Position numbers and translations under genes: made by a program. Positions 47,008 through 55,952 of a stretch of DNA of 64,000 bases are shown one piece after another. The notes below the pieces were generated by a model. The model saw nothing but the letters and a program-made list of their open reading frames with translations. It searched no databases and had not been told where the DNA came from. This DNA comes from an uncultured candidate division Zixibacteria bacterium (GTDB lineage: Bacteria > Zixibacteria > MSB-5A5 > UBA10806). The stretch is from positions 32,001 to 96,000 of the forward strand of contig CAWFQL010000018.1 in NCBI GenBank assembly GCA_963817915.1, written 5' to 3'. Positions within the stretch are counted from its first letter, which is position 1, and every line of letters begins with the position of its first letter.

Positions 47008-47166
47008 ATATTTTTTAGGCTTTAATAGACAGCCCGGTCGATATCAATTTCATAATAATATAACAACGGGAAACCACTTCTATTCCTATCGTGTTTAATT
47101 AACTCACGGGGATATCATTCGATCCCTTGAGTCGATTTTTTCAAACATGATAAATTACCAGGAGGC

Positions 47167-48282
47167 ATGATGAAGCTAACGCGATTGATGCTGTCAGCGG
47201 TTATGGTCGCAGTATTCCCGATAATCGCATTGTCGTCCGTTCATAATGTTTCAATTCAAGGATTCGATTTTATTCCCGTCGGAATAGTTATCAACCAGGG
47301 CGATTCGGTTAGATGGACTAATAACGACGCATTTTTGCATACTTCCACCAATGATCAGGGAGTATGGAATTCCGGGGATCTGGCCACCGGCCAATCATTT
47401 TTATGGGCATTCGATTCAATCGGTGTATTTGCCTATCATTGCATTCATCATCCCACAATGAAGGACACAATAAGCGTAATCCCGGCCAACGGCTTTGATA
47501 CGCAAGTTAATATTCACGATAATTTTTATGATCCTGCCGTAATACAAATCAATATCGGACAGTCTGTTCGATGGGTAAACATGGGGATTCGAAGCCATAC
47601 CGCGACATCAAATACCGGTGTCTGGAACTCGGATACGCTCGCGCACGGAGAATTTTATGTATTCACCTTCGCGAATGAGGGAGTATTCCATTATCACTGC
47701 CTTGTTCACGGTCTTCTCATGGCGGGTACCATAATTGTCGGCAAGCCCGATTCGGTCCAATTTGATATTAGAACTGTCGATTTTTCATTTACTCCTGCTG
47801 ATTCTACCATCAGAATGGGCCAGAATGTGCGCTGGATCAATTTTGGTACCATGCCTCACACATCAACTGAAATTAACGCCCATCTATGGGATTCGGGTAC
47901 TCTAAATCCCGGCGATGTTTTTACGCTCCATGCCGATACTGCAGGGGATTTTCATTACATTTGCACCTTCCATCCCGGATTGATGACCGGGACACTTCAT
48001 GTTTTGGACACGACGACAACCGGCGGATGCCATTACGTGATTGGAGATGCTAACGGCAGCGGCAGCGCCAACGGGCTCGATGTGACTTACATGGTAAATT
48101 ATTTCAAGGGCGGCGCCGCGCCTCCCTTAACTTGCGATTGCCCCAACCATGGCATCATATATGCGGGAGCGGATGCCAATGGAAGCTGTACTGTAAATGG
48201 GCTTGATGTCACCTATATGGTCAATTTCTATCGGGGTGGAGCGCCATTGCAATACTGCGTAGATTGCCCTCCCGCGCCTTGA
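47167..48282 (+). CDS. Secreted protein with three cupredoxin (type-1 blue copper) domains and a C-terminal dockerin
   Basis: GGAGG RBS and signal peptide. Three V.W.N....H...Y.C..H...M sets (YHCIHHPTM, YHCLVHGLLM, YICTFHPGLM). GDANGS...NGLDVTYMVNYFKG dockerin. Confidence 0.9.
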   Translation: MMKLTRLMLSAVMVAVFPIIALSSVHNVSIQGFDFIPVGIVINQGDSVRWTNNDAFLHTSTNDQGVWNSGDLATGQSFLWAFDSIGVFAYHCIHHPTMKDTISVIPANGFDTQVNIHDNFYDPAVIQINIGQSVRWVNMGIRSHTATSNTGVWNSDTLAHGEFYVFTFANEGVFHYHCLVHGLLMAGTIIVGKPDSVQFDIRTVDFSFTPADSTIRMGQNVRWINFGTMPHTSTEINAHLWDSGTLNPGDVFTLHADTAGDFHYICTFHPGLMTGTLHVLDTTTTGGCHYVIGDANGSGSANGLDVTYMVNYFKGGAAPPLTCDCPNHGIIYAGADANGSCTVNGLDVTYMVNFYRGGAPLQYCVDCPPAP

Positions 48283-48423
48283 AATTTGACTCGGTTAGTA
48301 GTTTTAGAATAAAATATTTACGCCCCTTGCCGATTGCGTCTCAAGATGCTTGAGAGTATATTATTGCCTATGTTATTTTCGATTAAATTTGATTCCAGCG
48401 ATATTGAAAACAAGGAGCGATAA

Positions 48424-49617
48424 ATGATACCATTTGATTTCCATTTGCCCACAAAAATATATTTCGGGCCCGGTAAGTTCAATCTAATCGGAAAATTCCT
48501 CAAGCCGGTCGGCAAAAAAGCGTTGATTGTCACAGGTAAGTCGTCGATGCGCAAAATGGGTGTGCTCGATAAGGCAGTTGAGCTCTTAAAAAAAGCAGGC
48601 ATCGATTCGATCGTATTTGAAGGTATAGAACCCAACCCTCATCATTCCACTTGCGATAATGCCGCCGCGATAGCCAGGGATGCTAATTGCGATTTTATAC
48701 TCGGCCTGGGCGGTGGATCATCAATGGATGCCGCCAAGGCGATCGCCATTTCGGCCAAGTCAGGCCACTCGGTCTGGGATTATGTCTATGCTGGACCCGA
48801 TAAAGTATATCGCCGTATTACCGAAGCTCTGCCAATTGTCTGCATTCCAACAGTTGCGGCCACGGGGAGCGAAGCTGATTCCGGTGGTGTCATCACAAAT
48901 TGGGAGACTCATGAAAAATCCGGTATTTGGGGCGCGGCGCTGTTTCCTACCGTCTCAATCGTCGATCCTGAGTTAACAATCTCCTGCCCAAAAGAATATA
49001 CGATTGACGGCGGTGTCGATATCATTTCTCATGTCATCGAAAGCTATTTCACCGGCACATCGGAATCGTATCTACAGGATCGATTTTCGGAATCAATTAT
49101 TATGACCGTGATGAAATATCTGCCGCGTGCCATGCGCGATGGCGCTGATATCGAGGCTCGGACCCATTTGTCTTGGTGTTCCACTCTCGCGCTTTCGGGG
49201 CTGATAAATTCCGGCCGCGGAGGCTCGTTCCCATTGCATGTATTAGAGCATGCTGTCAGCGGCCATTACGATATCAGCCACGGCAAAGGATTAGCCCTGC
49301 TGCTGCCGGCGCTTATGGATTTCACTCGTCCCGCAAGGCCTGAAAAATATATCGAAATGGGAGAGAATATCTTCAAAATGCGTTTCGATGGCGACGATAT
49401 CAACCACGCCTCACAAATAAGTATCGATGCCATGAAAGGCTGGCTGGCCTCTATAGGCAGGCTTCAGACATTCGGCGACCTTGGTATTGACGATTCAAAA
49501 TTCGAGGCTATGGCCGATGATGCCGTTCGCCTCTATATGAAAGACGACGGCTATCTTGCCAACCCCAAACGGATCGACCGCGCCGCTGTTATCGAAATCT
49601 ATCGCATGACTTTATAG
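48424..49617 (+). CDS. Iron-containing alcohol dehydrogenase (butanol dehydrogenase-like)
   Basis: EPNP, GGGSSMDAAK, PTVAATGSE, D..SH..ESY, H.LEH...HGKGL. Confidence 0.93.
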   Translation: MIPFDFHLPTKIYFGPGKFNLIGKFLKPVGKKALIVTGKSSMRKMGVLDKAVELLKKAGIDSIVFEGIEPNPHHSTCDNAAAIARDANCDFILGLGGGSSMDAAKAIAISAKSGHSVWDYVYAGPDKVYRRITEALPIVCIPTVAATGSEADSGGVITNWETHEKSGIWGAALFPTVSIVDPELTISCPKEYTIDGGVDIISHVIESYFTGTSESYLQDRFSESIIMTVMKYLPRAMRDGADIEARTHLSWCSTLALSGLINSGRGGSFPLHVLEHAVSGHYDISHGKGLALLLPALMDFTRPARPEKYIEMGENIFKMRFDGDDINHASQISIDAMKGWLASIGRLQTFGDLGIDDSKFEAMADDAVRLYMKDDGYLANPKRIDRAAVIEIYRMTL

Positions 49618-49693
49618 ATCGGTCGGAAGTACTCAACGAAACTACGCCTTCAACAGTTCACTTGATGATTTATTATACATCAGGGAAATTACT

Positions 49694-49717
49694 GTAGGGG
49701 TTCAAAATTTTGAACCC
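49694..49717 (+). repeat. GTAG-type REP-like palindrome identical to 32220-32243
   Basis: GTAGGGGTTCAAAATTTTGAACCC, a 24/24 match. Confidence 0.75.
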
Positions 49718-49747
49718 ATCCTCGCTCGACTCGACGGGAAAACAGGC

Positions 49748-49781
49748 AAAAAGAAGAGCCCGCCGATACTCAGGCGGGCTC
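49748..49781 (-). terminator. Terminator downstream of bcp
   Basis: GAGCCCGCC...GGCGGGCTC with an A-rich left flank (a T-tract on the minus strand). Confidence 0.7.
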
Positions 49782-49818
49782 AAAGCCGGGACGTAAAATA
49801 TTAGTCACGCAACAGATG

Positions 49819-50277
49819 TCATCCCGACAGTTTTTCCAACACTTCCTCAGCATGATTTTCAGGCTTAACAGTGTCGAAAACATATTTGATATTGCCATCT
49901 TTATCGATTAAAAATGTCTTTCGAATTGTGCCCATATATTTTTTGCCATACATATTTTTTTCGCCCCAGACTCCATATTGCTCGACCACCTTTTTCTCGG
50001 TATCCGAAAGCAATGTGAATGGCAATTTGTATTTCTCGCGAAATTTGACATGTGATTTTGGATCATCGGTTGATACGCCCAAAACCTCAATCCCTGATTT
50101 TCTATAGTCCGCGAATTCATCTCGAAACGAGCAGGCTTCCTTCGTACAGCCTGGCGTATCATCCTTGGGATAGAAATATAGCACTACCGGCTTCCCTTTA
50201 TATTCGGATAATCTATGTACCTTGCCGTCTTGATCAGGCAATGAAAAATCCGGCGCTTTTTTCCCTATTTCAATCAT
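49819..50277 (-). CDS. bcp: Thioredoxin-dependent peroxiredoxin (BCP/PrxQ)
   Basis: YFYPKDDTPGCTKEACSFRD. Confidence 0.95.
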   Translation of the reverse strand: MIEIGKKAPDFSLPDQDGKVHRLSEYKGKPVVLYFYPKDDTPGCTKEACSFRDEFADYRKSGIEVLGVSTDDPKSHVKFREKYKLPFTLLSDTEKKVVEQYGVWGEKNMYGKKYMGTIRKTFLIDKDGNIKYVFDTVKPENHAEEVLEKLSG

Positions 50278-50353
50278 ATTATTCCTCCAGTAAATCCATC
50301 ATTTCTCAAAGCCTTAAACACCTTCGCTGGGAATTAAGTTTCTAATATTGATT

Positions 50354-51247
50354 TTATTTGAGATAATTCGATAATGTTTTCTTGAATCCGGCAGGCTCGG
50401 TTGCAAATGACCTCAAAAATGAATCTATGCCTGTATAATTTTCGTTAAGCAGCATGGTTATCTGGTCATTGGTAATTGGAAACTGCCTTATCCCGCCGAA
50501 TATGCTGGCCGCGATCCTCATGGCAAACACAGGAACGTGGATTTTGCGAACTCTTCGTTTTCCCAACACCTCGCCGATTGTGTCAAGCATCTGATCAAAT
50601 GAAAATATTTCCGGGCCGCCAACTTCAATTGTTTTGCCCTTCATGCTTTGATTGGATAAGGCCAGGGAAAATGCTTTGCAGACATCTCCGATAAATATCG
50701 GCTGAACTCGATACTTTCCATCGCCAATCACGGGAACTACGGGAAGATTCTTTACCATTGAGGCGAACATGTTTATCGAAAGATCTTTTTCACCGAAAAT
50801 CATCGATGGCCTGAAGATTGTCCAATCTAGCTCAGATTCCCTCAAATCCTCTTCGGCTAGATATTTGGTTTTCAAATAGCCTGTATTGGCATTCTGAACA
50901 ACACCAAGCGCCGACATCTGCAGAAAACGCTTTATATTATTCCTCGCGGCAAAATCGATTAGATTGTGGGTTACATCACAATGGGCCTTTTTAAATGTAA
51001 TCCCGCTCAATGGAAACTCTCTGATTATCCCGACCAAATTAATAATCGCATCTGCCTCGACCCAACAATTGGCAATGGGCATCGAGGGGTCGATATTTAT
51101 TGTTTTGATATTATCTCGGTTATTCCCAATGCTTTTCGAGCCCGGCCTGACCATCAGGATAACTTCATAGCCATTCCCCGTCAAATCCTTGACCAGTTCC
51201 GATCCTACAAATCCGGTACCACCGGCGATTATTATTCTCATCAGCAA
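50354..51247 (-). CDS. NAD(P)-binding epimerase-like protein, NDUFA9 family
   Basis: GGTGFVG, INLVGIIRE, MSALG, Y.KTK, TIFRPS.IFG, QPI. The likely ATG is at 51241. Confidence 0.88.
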   Translation of the reverse strand: MLMRIIIAGGTGFVGSELVKDLTGNGYEVILMVRPGSKSIGNNRDNIKTINIDPSMPIANCWVEADAIINLVGIIREFPLSGITFKKAHCDVTHNLIDFAARNNIKRFLQMSALGVVQNANTGYLKTKYLAEEDLRESELDWTIFRPSMIFGEKDLSINMFASMVKNLPVVPVIGDGKYRVQPIFIGDVCKAFSLALSNQSMKGKTIEVGGPEIFSFDQMLDTIGEVLGKRRVRKIHVPVFAMRIAASIFGGIRQFPITNDQITMLLNENYTGIDSFLRSFATEPAGFKKTLSNYLK

Positions 51248-51346
51248 CTTTCCTCTCCTGTCGATAATATATTATGTTGACAATGATTGTTGAAACTGAA
51301 TAAATAAGATACGGGTTAATATTTTGGCTTTATGAGGCAATATTAG

Positions 51347-52357
51347 ATGAAAACAAAAGTGACATTGATACCCGGCGATGGTATCGGGCCGGAAATCACC
51401 GATGCGGCAGTCAAAATAATCGAGGCCGCCGGTGCGGAAATCGAATGGGAAGTCGTGCCTGCTGGCATTAATGCCATGAGCGATTATGGTGTTCCTGTCC
51501 CGGATGAATTGCTGAATTCAATTCGCAAAAATAAGGTAGGATTCAAAGGTCCCATCACGACCATGATAGGGAAGGGATTTTCATCCGCCAATGTCACCCT
51601 GCGAAAAGAACTTGAGCTCTACGCTAATCTGAGACCCGTAAAGTCATTGAAGGGCGTTAAAACTCATTTTGATAATATCGATTTGATAATTGTCCGCGAA
51701 AATACCGAGGACCTATACTCCGGCATAGAACATCTTATCGCGCCGGGCGTGACCGAATCAATCAAGGTAATTACCCATTTTGCGTCGACCAGGATAGCAA
51801 AATTCGCGTTCGAATATGCCCGGAAAAATGGCAAAAAGAAGATCGCCGCAGTGCATAAAGCCAATATCATGAAATTGACAGACGGCATGTTTCTAACAGC
51901 GGCAAAAGAGGTTGCTAAGGAATATCCTGAAATAGAATATCGCGAAATAATAGTTGATAATTGCTGCATGCAGCTGGTGATGAATCCCTGGCAATTTGAA
52001 ATTCTGGTTTTGACAAATTTATATGGTGATATTGTTTCGGATCTATGCGCCGGATTGGTAGGTGGGCTTGGTGTAGTCCCCGGAGCCAATATCGGAGAAG
52101 ACTGTGCGGTTTTCGAAGCTGTTCATGGTTCCGCGCCGGACATAGCGGGTAAAAATATCGCCAACCCGACTGCTATAATAACTTCGGGCATCATGATGAT
52201 GCGTCATCTGGGATTAATAGACATTGCAAATAAAATAGAAACGGCGCTTTTCAGCGTTTTGGGCGAAGGCAAGATCAGAACCCGCGATCTTGGCGGAAAT
52301 TCATCTACAACCGAATTTGCCGACGCTATTATTAAATCTATGGCGCGGCAGTCTTAG
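51347..52357 (+). CDS. Isocitrate/isopropylmalate dehydrogenase family, NAD-dependent IDH-like
   Basis: IPGDGIGPEI, S.NV.LRK, RENTE, VHKANIMK, NLYGDIVSD, FEAVHGSAPDIAG. Confidence 0.92.
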   Translation: MKTKVTLIPGDGIGPEITDAAVKIIEAAGAEIEWEVVPAGINAMSDYGVPVPDELLNSIRKNKVGFKGPITTMIGKGFSSANVTLRKELELYANLRPVKSLKGVKTHFDNIDLIIVRENTEDLYSGIEHLIAPGVTESIKVITHFASTRIAKFAFEYARKNGKKKIAAVHKANIMKLTDGMFLTAAKEVAKEYPEIEYREIIVDNCCMQLVMNPWQFEILVLTNLYGDIVSDLCAGLVGGLGVVPGANIGEDCAVFEAVHGSAPDIAGKNIANPTAIITSGIMMMRHLGLIDIANKIETALFSVLGEGKIRTRDLGGNSSTTEFADAIIKSMARQS

Positions 52358-53973
52358 GGCTTGGCATGCTGTCGAGCAATGGAGAATTAAATCCCTTTCT
52401 CACCCATAAATCCCCGACATTGGGGATAACCCTGTAATTAAATTCCTGCGATATCCGTTTATATATATCAGAATTTTTATATCTGGCATTTCTTCTTTGA
52501 GGATATTCGAATGCGAAAATGCCGGGCCGGATTTCGCATGTAATGGAATCCTTGCTGGTTGAAATCAGAAGTATATCAGGTTCTTTATCGAGCACATATT
52601 GCATATCGGCTCGTTCATGTCCTGCCATTCCCGCGAGCCGGACTCCATCCTTAGCTATGTGTCTGTCCGTAATCCCGCACATATCGATTATATAGGCATC
52701 GGAATAATACCCAACTGCGCCAATCGCGAAAGAAGCAACCTTGAGGTCGGGATGATCATCCTTTATGGTTTTTAGAAATTTACCCATCTTTGCCCAACGG
52801 GTATCTTCAGAGCCTTTGAATTCAAATAGATCAGAAGCCGGCAACATCTTGAAAAGAAAATTATTTTCAATGGCGCTGAATATCATCAAGGTAATAACTA
52901 TAGCCGATGCGAGTCTTTTGAATTTCAGCATTGTCAGAATGGTCAGTATCCCGATAGATTCCGCGATCATGATAAGCGGCACAATCGGCACCATGAATCT
53001 CGAATACGGCATCCAATCACCTGACGCGTATATCTCGAATAGGATATATAAACCGATTATCAATGATAACGCCCGCGCCGATCTATTCTTAAAATAATAA
53101 AATGCGAAAAAGATTGCCGGCGCGTAATAGAATAGGCCGCCGTTAAATGATATGAATTTAATTAGATGATAAATACCCCTTGTGATATGCCAAAAAAGAT
53201 CAAAATCGGGCCGCTTGGCGTAATAAGTATTGGATAGCCATTCCCCGTAATATGAAAAACGCCAGAGCTCATGTCCTCCTACAATAACAACCACAGGTAT
53301 TATAAACGTGAGCAAATTCTTTAAATGTGCTTTGAAATCAGATCTGATTCCCTCTATCAATTCATTGATGACAATTGCCACAGCAAACAGATATCCCGGC
53401 AGGGTGAATCAACGGTAGAAGACCGGCAATAATGCCAGCCCCGATCATGTTTTTATCCTGCTGACGTTGATATAAATAGAATCCAAGTGTAAGCATGAAG
53501 AGATGCAATGCTGTTTCCATTCCCGAATGAAAATGAACTATAAAATCCATACGGAATGTCAAAAGCGCAATTGCTACCAGCGCTACCGAACCAACCTTTT
53601 GGGTAAAATTTCGGCTTATGAGAATCATTACAGGGATAGCAGCGAACGCGAAAATATAGCATAATATGCGGCCAATCACCAAAATATCGAAACCCAGCTT
53701 CGCAAAGAGGCCGATAATCAATACCCATAGAAAATTGGAGTAGCCCTCTACGTATTCGCCCTGATTGAAAACCAATCCGATGTTATTCGCGAAATTCTTC
53801 GAGAATCTGTATGAAATATACGAATCATCCCACGTGATATTTAAAATTATGGCCACAGAAGATAGAATGACATAGCTTATAAGCGCCGCAATGATGACTG
53901 TTTTAAGAGTCGCCTGGAATAAATTATTTGCATTATCCAAAATCTGGATATCTTTATTGTCATTCTTATTCAT
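52338..53973 (-). CDS. Polytopic GT-C fold glycosyltransferase-like membrane protein; +1 frameshift near 53397
   Basis: DDSYISYRFS.N...GLVFN.GE.VEGYSNFLW, GMET, YYG....NTYYAK, GDWM...RF..P, G...Y...IDM.G.TD. Removing one G fuses ORFs 53362-53973 and 52338-53381. Confidence 0.82.
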
Positions 53974-54225
53974 TTATTTCCTCGTCTTAAATTTCGATGT
54001 CATTAAGATTGATTAGCATTCCGTATCATTATTTGTTCCAGTCTTTCAAGGGCAGGAATATACTCATGTCACTACCGATTGTCAAGTCCGGCAAACACAT
54101 AGCCCCCCTCAATAATCTCATCAAAGCATGCCATTTGACTTGCTTTAAAGAATATATTTTATTAATTAACATGTCTGGTTTTGTAATGGTAAAGGTAAGC
54201 GGGACAGAATAAAAGAGGTTTTTTT

Positions 54226-55356
54226 ATGGGTCATGCATATACTCCGGGGCTGAAGGTCACCGATCTGATGAAAATCACTAAGAAACGGATACTGCCGTTG
54301 AAGGGACAAGTTATAGTCAAAAAGGGCGATAAGGTGACATCAGATTCAGTCGTGGCGCGAACCGAACTGCCCGGCATAGTAGAGCCGGTAAATGTGGCTA
54401 ATATTTTGGGTGTTCCTCCTCAGGACGTTGCCGAGCATATGATTAAAAAAGTCGGCGACCATGCCCAGCAGGATGAAATAATCGCCAAATCAAAATCGTT
54501 CTTCGGCATGTTTACCGCGGTGGCCAAGGCCAAAATAGCGGGTACGGTTGAAAATATCTCATCGGTAACCGGGCAGGTGCTTTTGCGCGGCGCGCCGATA
54601 CCGATCGAAGTTAAGGCATATCTAAATGGAGTAGTTACTGATATTTTCGAAAGAGAAGGCGTTGAAGTAACGACCTGGGGCGGTTTTGTGCAGGGTATCT
54701 TCGGCATTGGCCCGGAGACGCACGGACCCCTGAAAATGCTTTCCAAAAACAATAAGGAAATCCTCACCGAAAAAGAAATCGATGCCTCCTGCAAGGGCTT
54801 CATCATCGTCGGCGGCTCGCTTGTTACCGCCGCTGGATTGAGAAAGGCCATTGAAGTCGGCGCGGTTGGCATCGTGGTCGGTGGTTTCAATGACAAAGAC
54901 CTACGCGATTTCCTCGGATACGATCTTGGTGTAGCTATTACCGGCAATGAAGACAAAGGTATTACTCTCGTAGTTACCGAGGGCTTCGGCGAAATCATGA
55001 TGGCCCAACGGACATTCGAACTACTAAAGAGTAATGAAGGTAAGGAAGCCTGTATCAACGGTGCCACGCAGATCAGAGCCGGCGTTATCCGTCCCGAAGT
55101 GGTTATTCCCAAAATCAATGAACTTGGCGAAAAAGAGTTAAGCAAAGTCGTGGAAATGGATAATATCGGCCTGATAGTTGGATCACCGGTAAGAGTTATC
55201 AGAGAGCCATATTTCGGAAAATTGGGAATGGTATCCGATTTGCCCTCGAAACTTCAGGCTCTCGAATCCGAATCGCACGCCCGCGTGCTCGAAGTGCAAT
55301 TCGAGGACGGCAAAAAGGCGATCATCCCCCGCGCCAATGTCGAGATGTTAGAATAA
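54226..55356 (+). CDS. Hypothetical protein with barrel-sandwich-hybrid-like motifs and a KOW-like C-terminus
   Basis: VKKGDKV / KKVGD hybrid-type motifs and a C-terminal VGSPVRVIREPYFG. RBS and terminator present. The function cannot be assigned from sequence. Confidence 0.8.
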   Translation: MGHAYTPGLKVTDLMKITKKRILPLKGQVIVKKGDKVTSDSVVARTELPGIVEPVNVANILGVPPQDVAEHMIKKVGDHAQQDEIIAKSKSFFGMFTAVAKAKIAGTVENISSVTGQVLLRGAPIPIEVKAYLNGVVTDIFEREGVEVTTWGGFVQGIFGIGPETHGPLKMLSKNNKEILTEKEIDASCKGFIIVGGSLVTAAGLRKAIEVGAVGIVVGGFNDKDLRDFLGYDLGVAITGNEDKGITLVVTEGFGEIMMAQRTFELLKSNEGKEACINGATQIRAGVIRPEVVIPKINELGEKELSKVVEMDNIGLIVGSPVRVIREPYFGKLGMVSDLPSKLQALESESHARVLEVQFEDGKKAIIPRANVEMLE

Positions 55357-55376
55357 AATTCGAGATAACTAATATT

Positions 55377-55409
55377 AAAGAGACCGCCGGACCTCCAGCG
55401 GTCTCTTTT
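55377..55409 (+). terminator. Rho-independent terminator
   Basis: AAAGAGACCGC...GCGGTCTCTTTT. Confidence 0.85.
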
Positions 55410-55840
55410 GATTTTATTCCATTTAGAATTATTAAATGAAACATGAGCCCAATCGAGAATTCGGCGCCAGGTTGCTCCTCTATTAATATAATGGGACCGC
55501 CTAAATCAAGCCAGTATGGTTTTTTTTGAGACATTCTCTAATATAATTTCATTCGAGATTTCTTAGTCGAAAAGATAATCAGAGTACTTTTGCTTAACTA
55601 TGGCTTCGATTATCAGGGAATTCGTCTTCAATCAGCCAAGTATATCCTGTTATCAAGTTTCATAAATATTGTATTTTAAAATAAATCCCCTTGCCTTCCC
55701 CAAAAAATAAAAGAAAGCGGAGCTGCAATTATAGTTATTGAGCCGATTGAATTAACTATAACACTGGTAGCAATTGTTTACTTGCAGTCCTTATTCCAGT
55801 CGCTTTAAAATGTATATTGTCAAAATTATCCATAAAATCC

Positions 55841-55869
55841 TTGACATTTGAATTTCGATAGTCAATAAT
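55841..55869 (+). promoter_or_regulatory. Putative promoter TTGACA-17-AATAAT
   Basis: ~85 nt upstream of the ATG at 55953, which has a GGAGG RBS. Confidence 0.55.
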
Positions 55870-55952
55870 ATAACAGGTTGTGGAAGAAAATTCCGTTGCT
55901 TTAGTTTGATCAATTTAAATTTGTATTACCCACTAATTGGATCGGAGGATGT

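Noticed and set aside
54420..55145. 241-aa minus-strand ORF
   Set aside because: It lies fully antisense to the 376-aa gene, which has an RBS and terminator, and its composition is typical of a shadow ORF.
55410..55840. AT-rich 430-bp intergenic stretch as an ncRNA or origin
   Set aside because: No DnaA-box cluster, repeats or convincing structure was seen.
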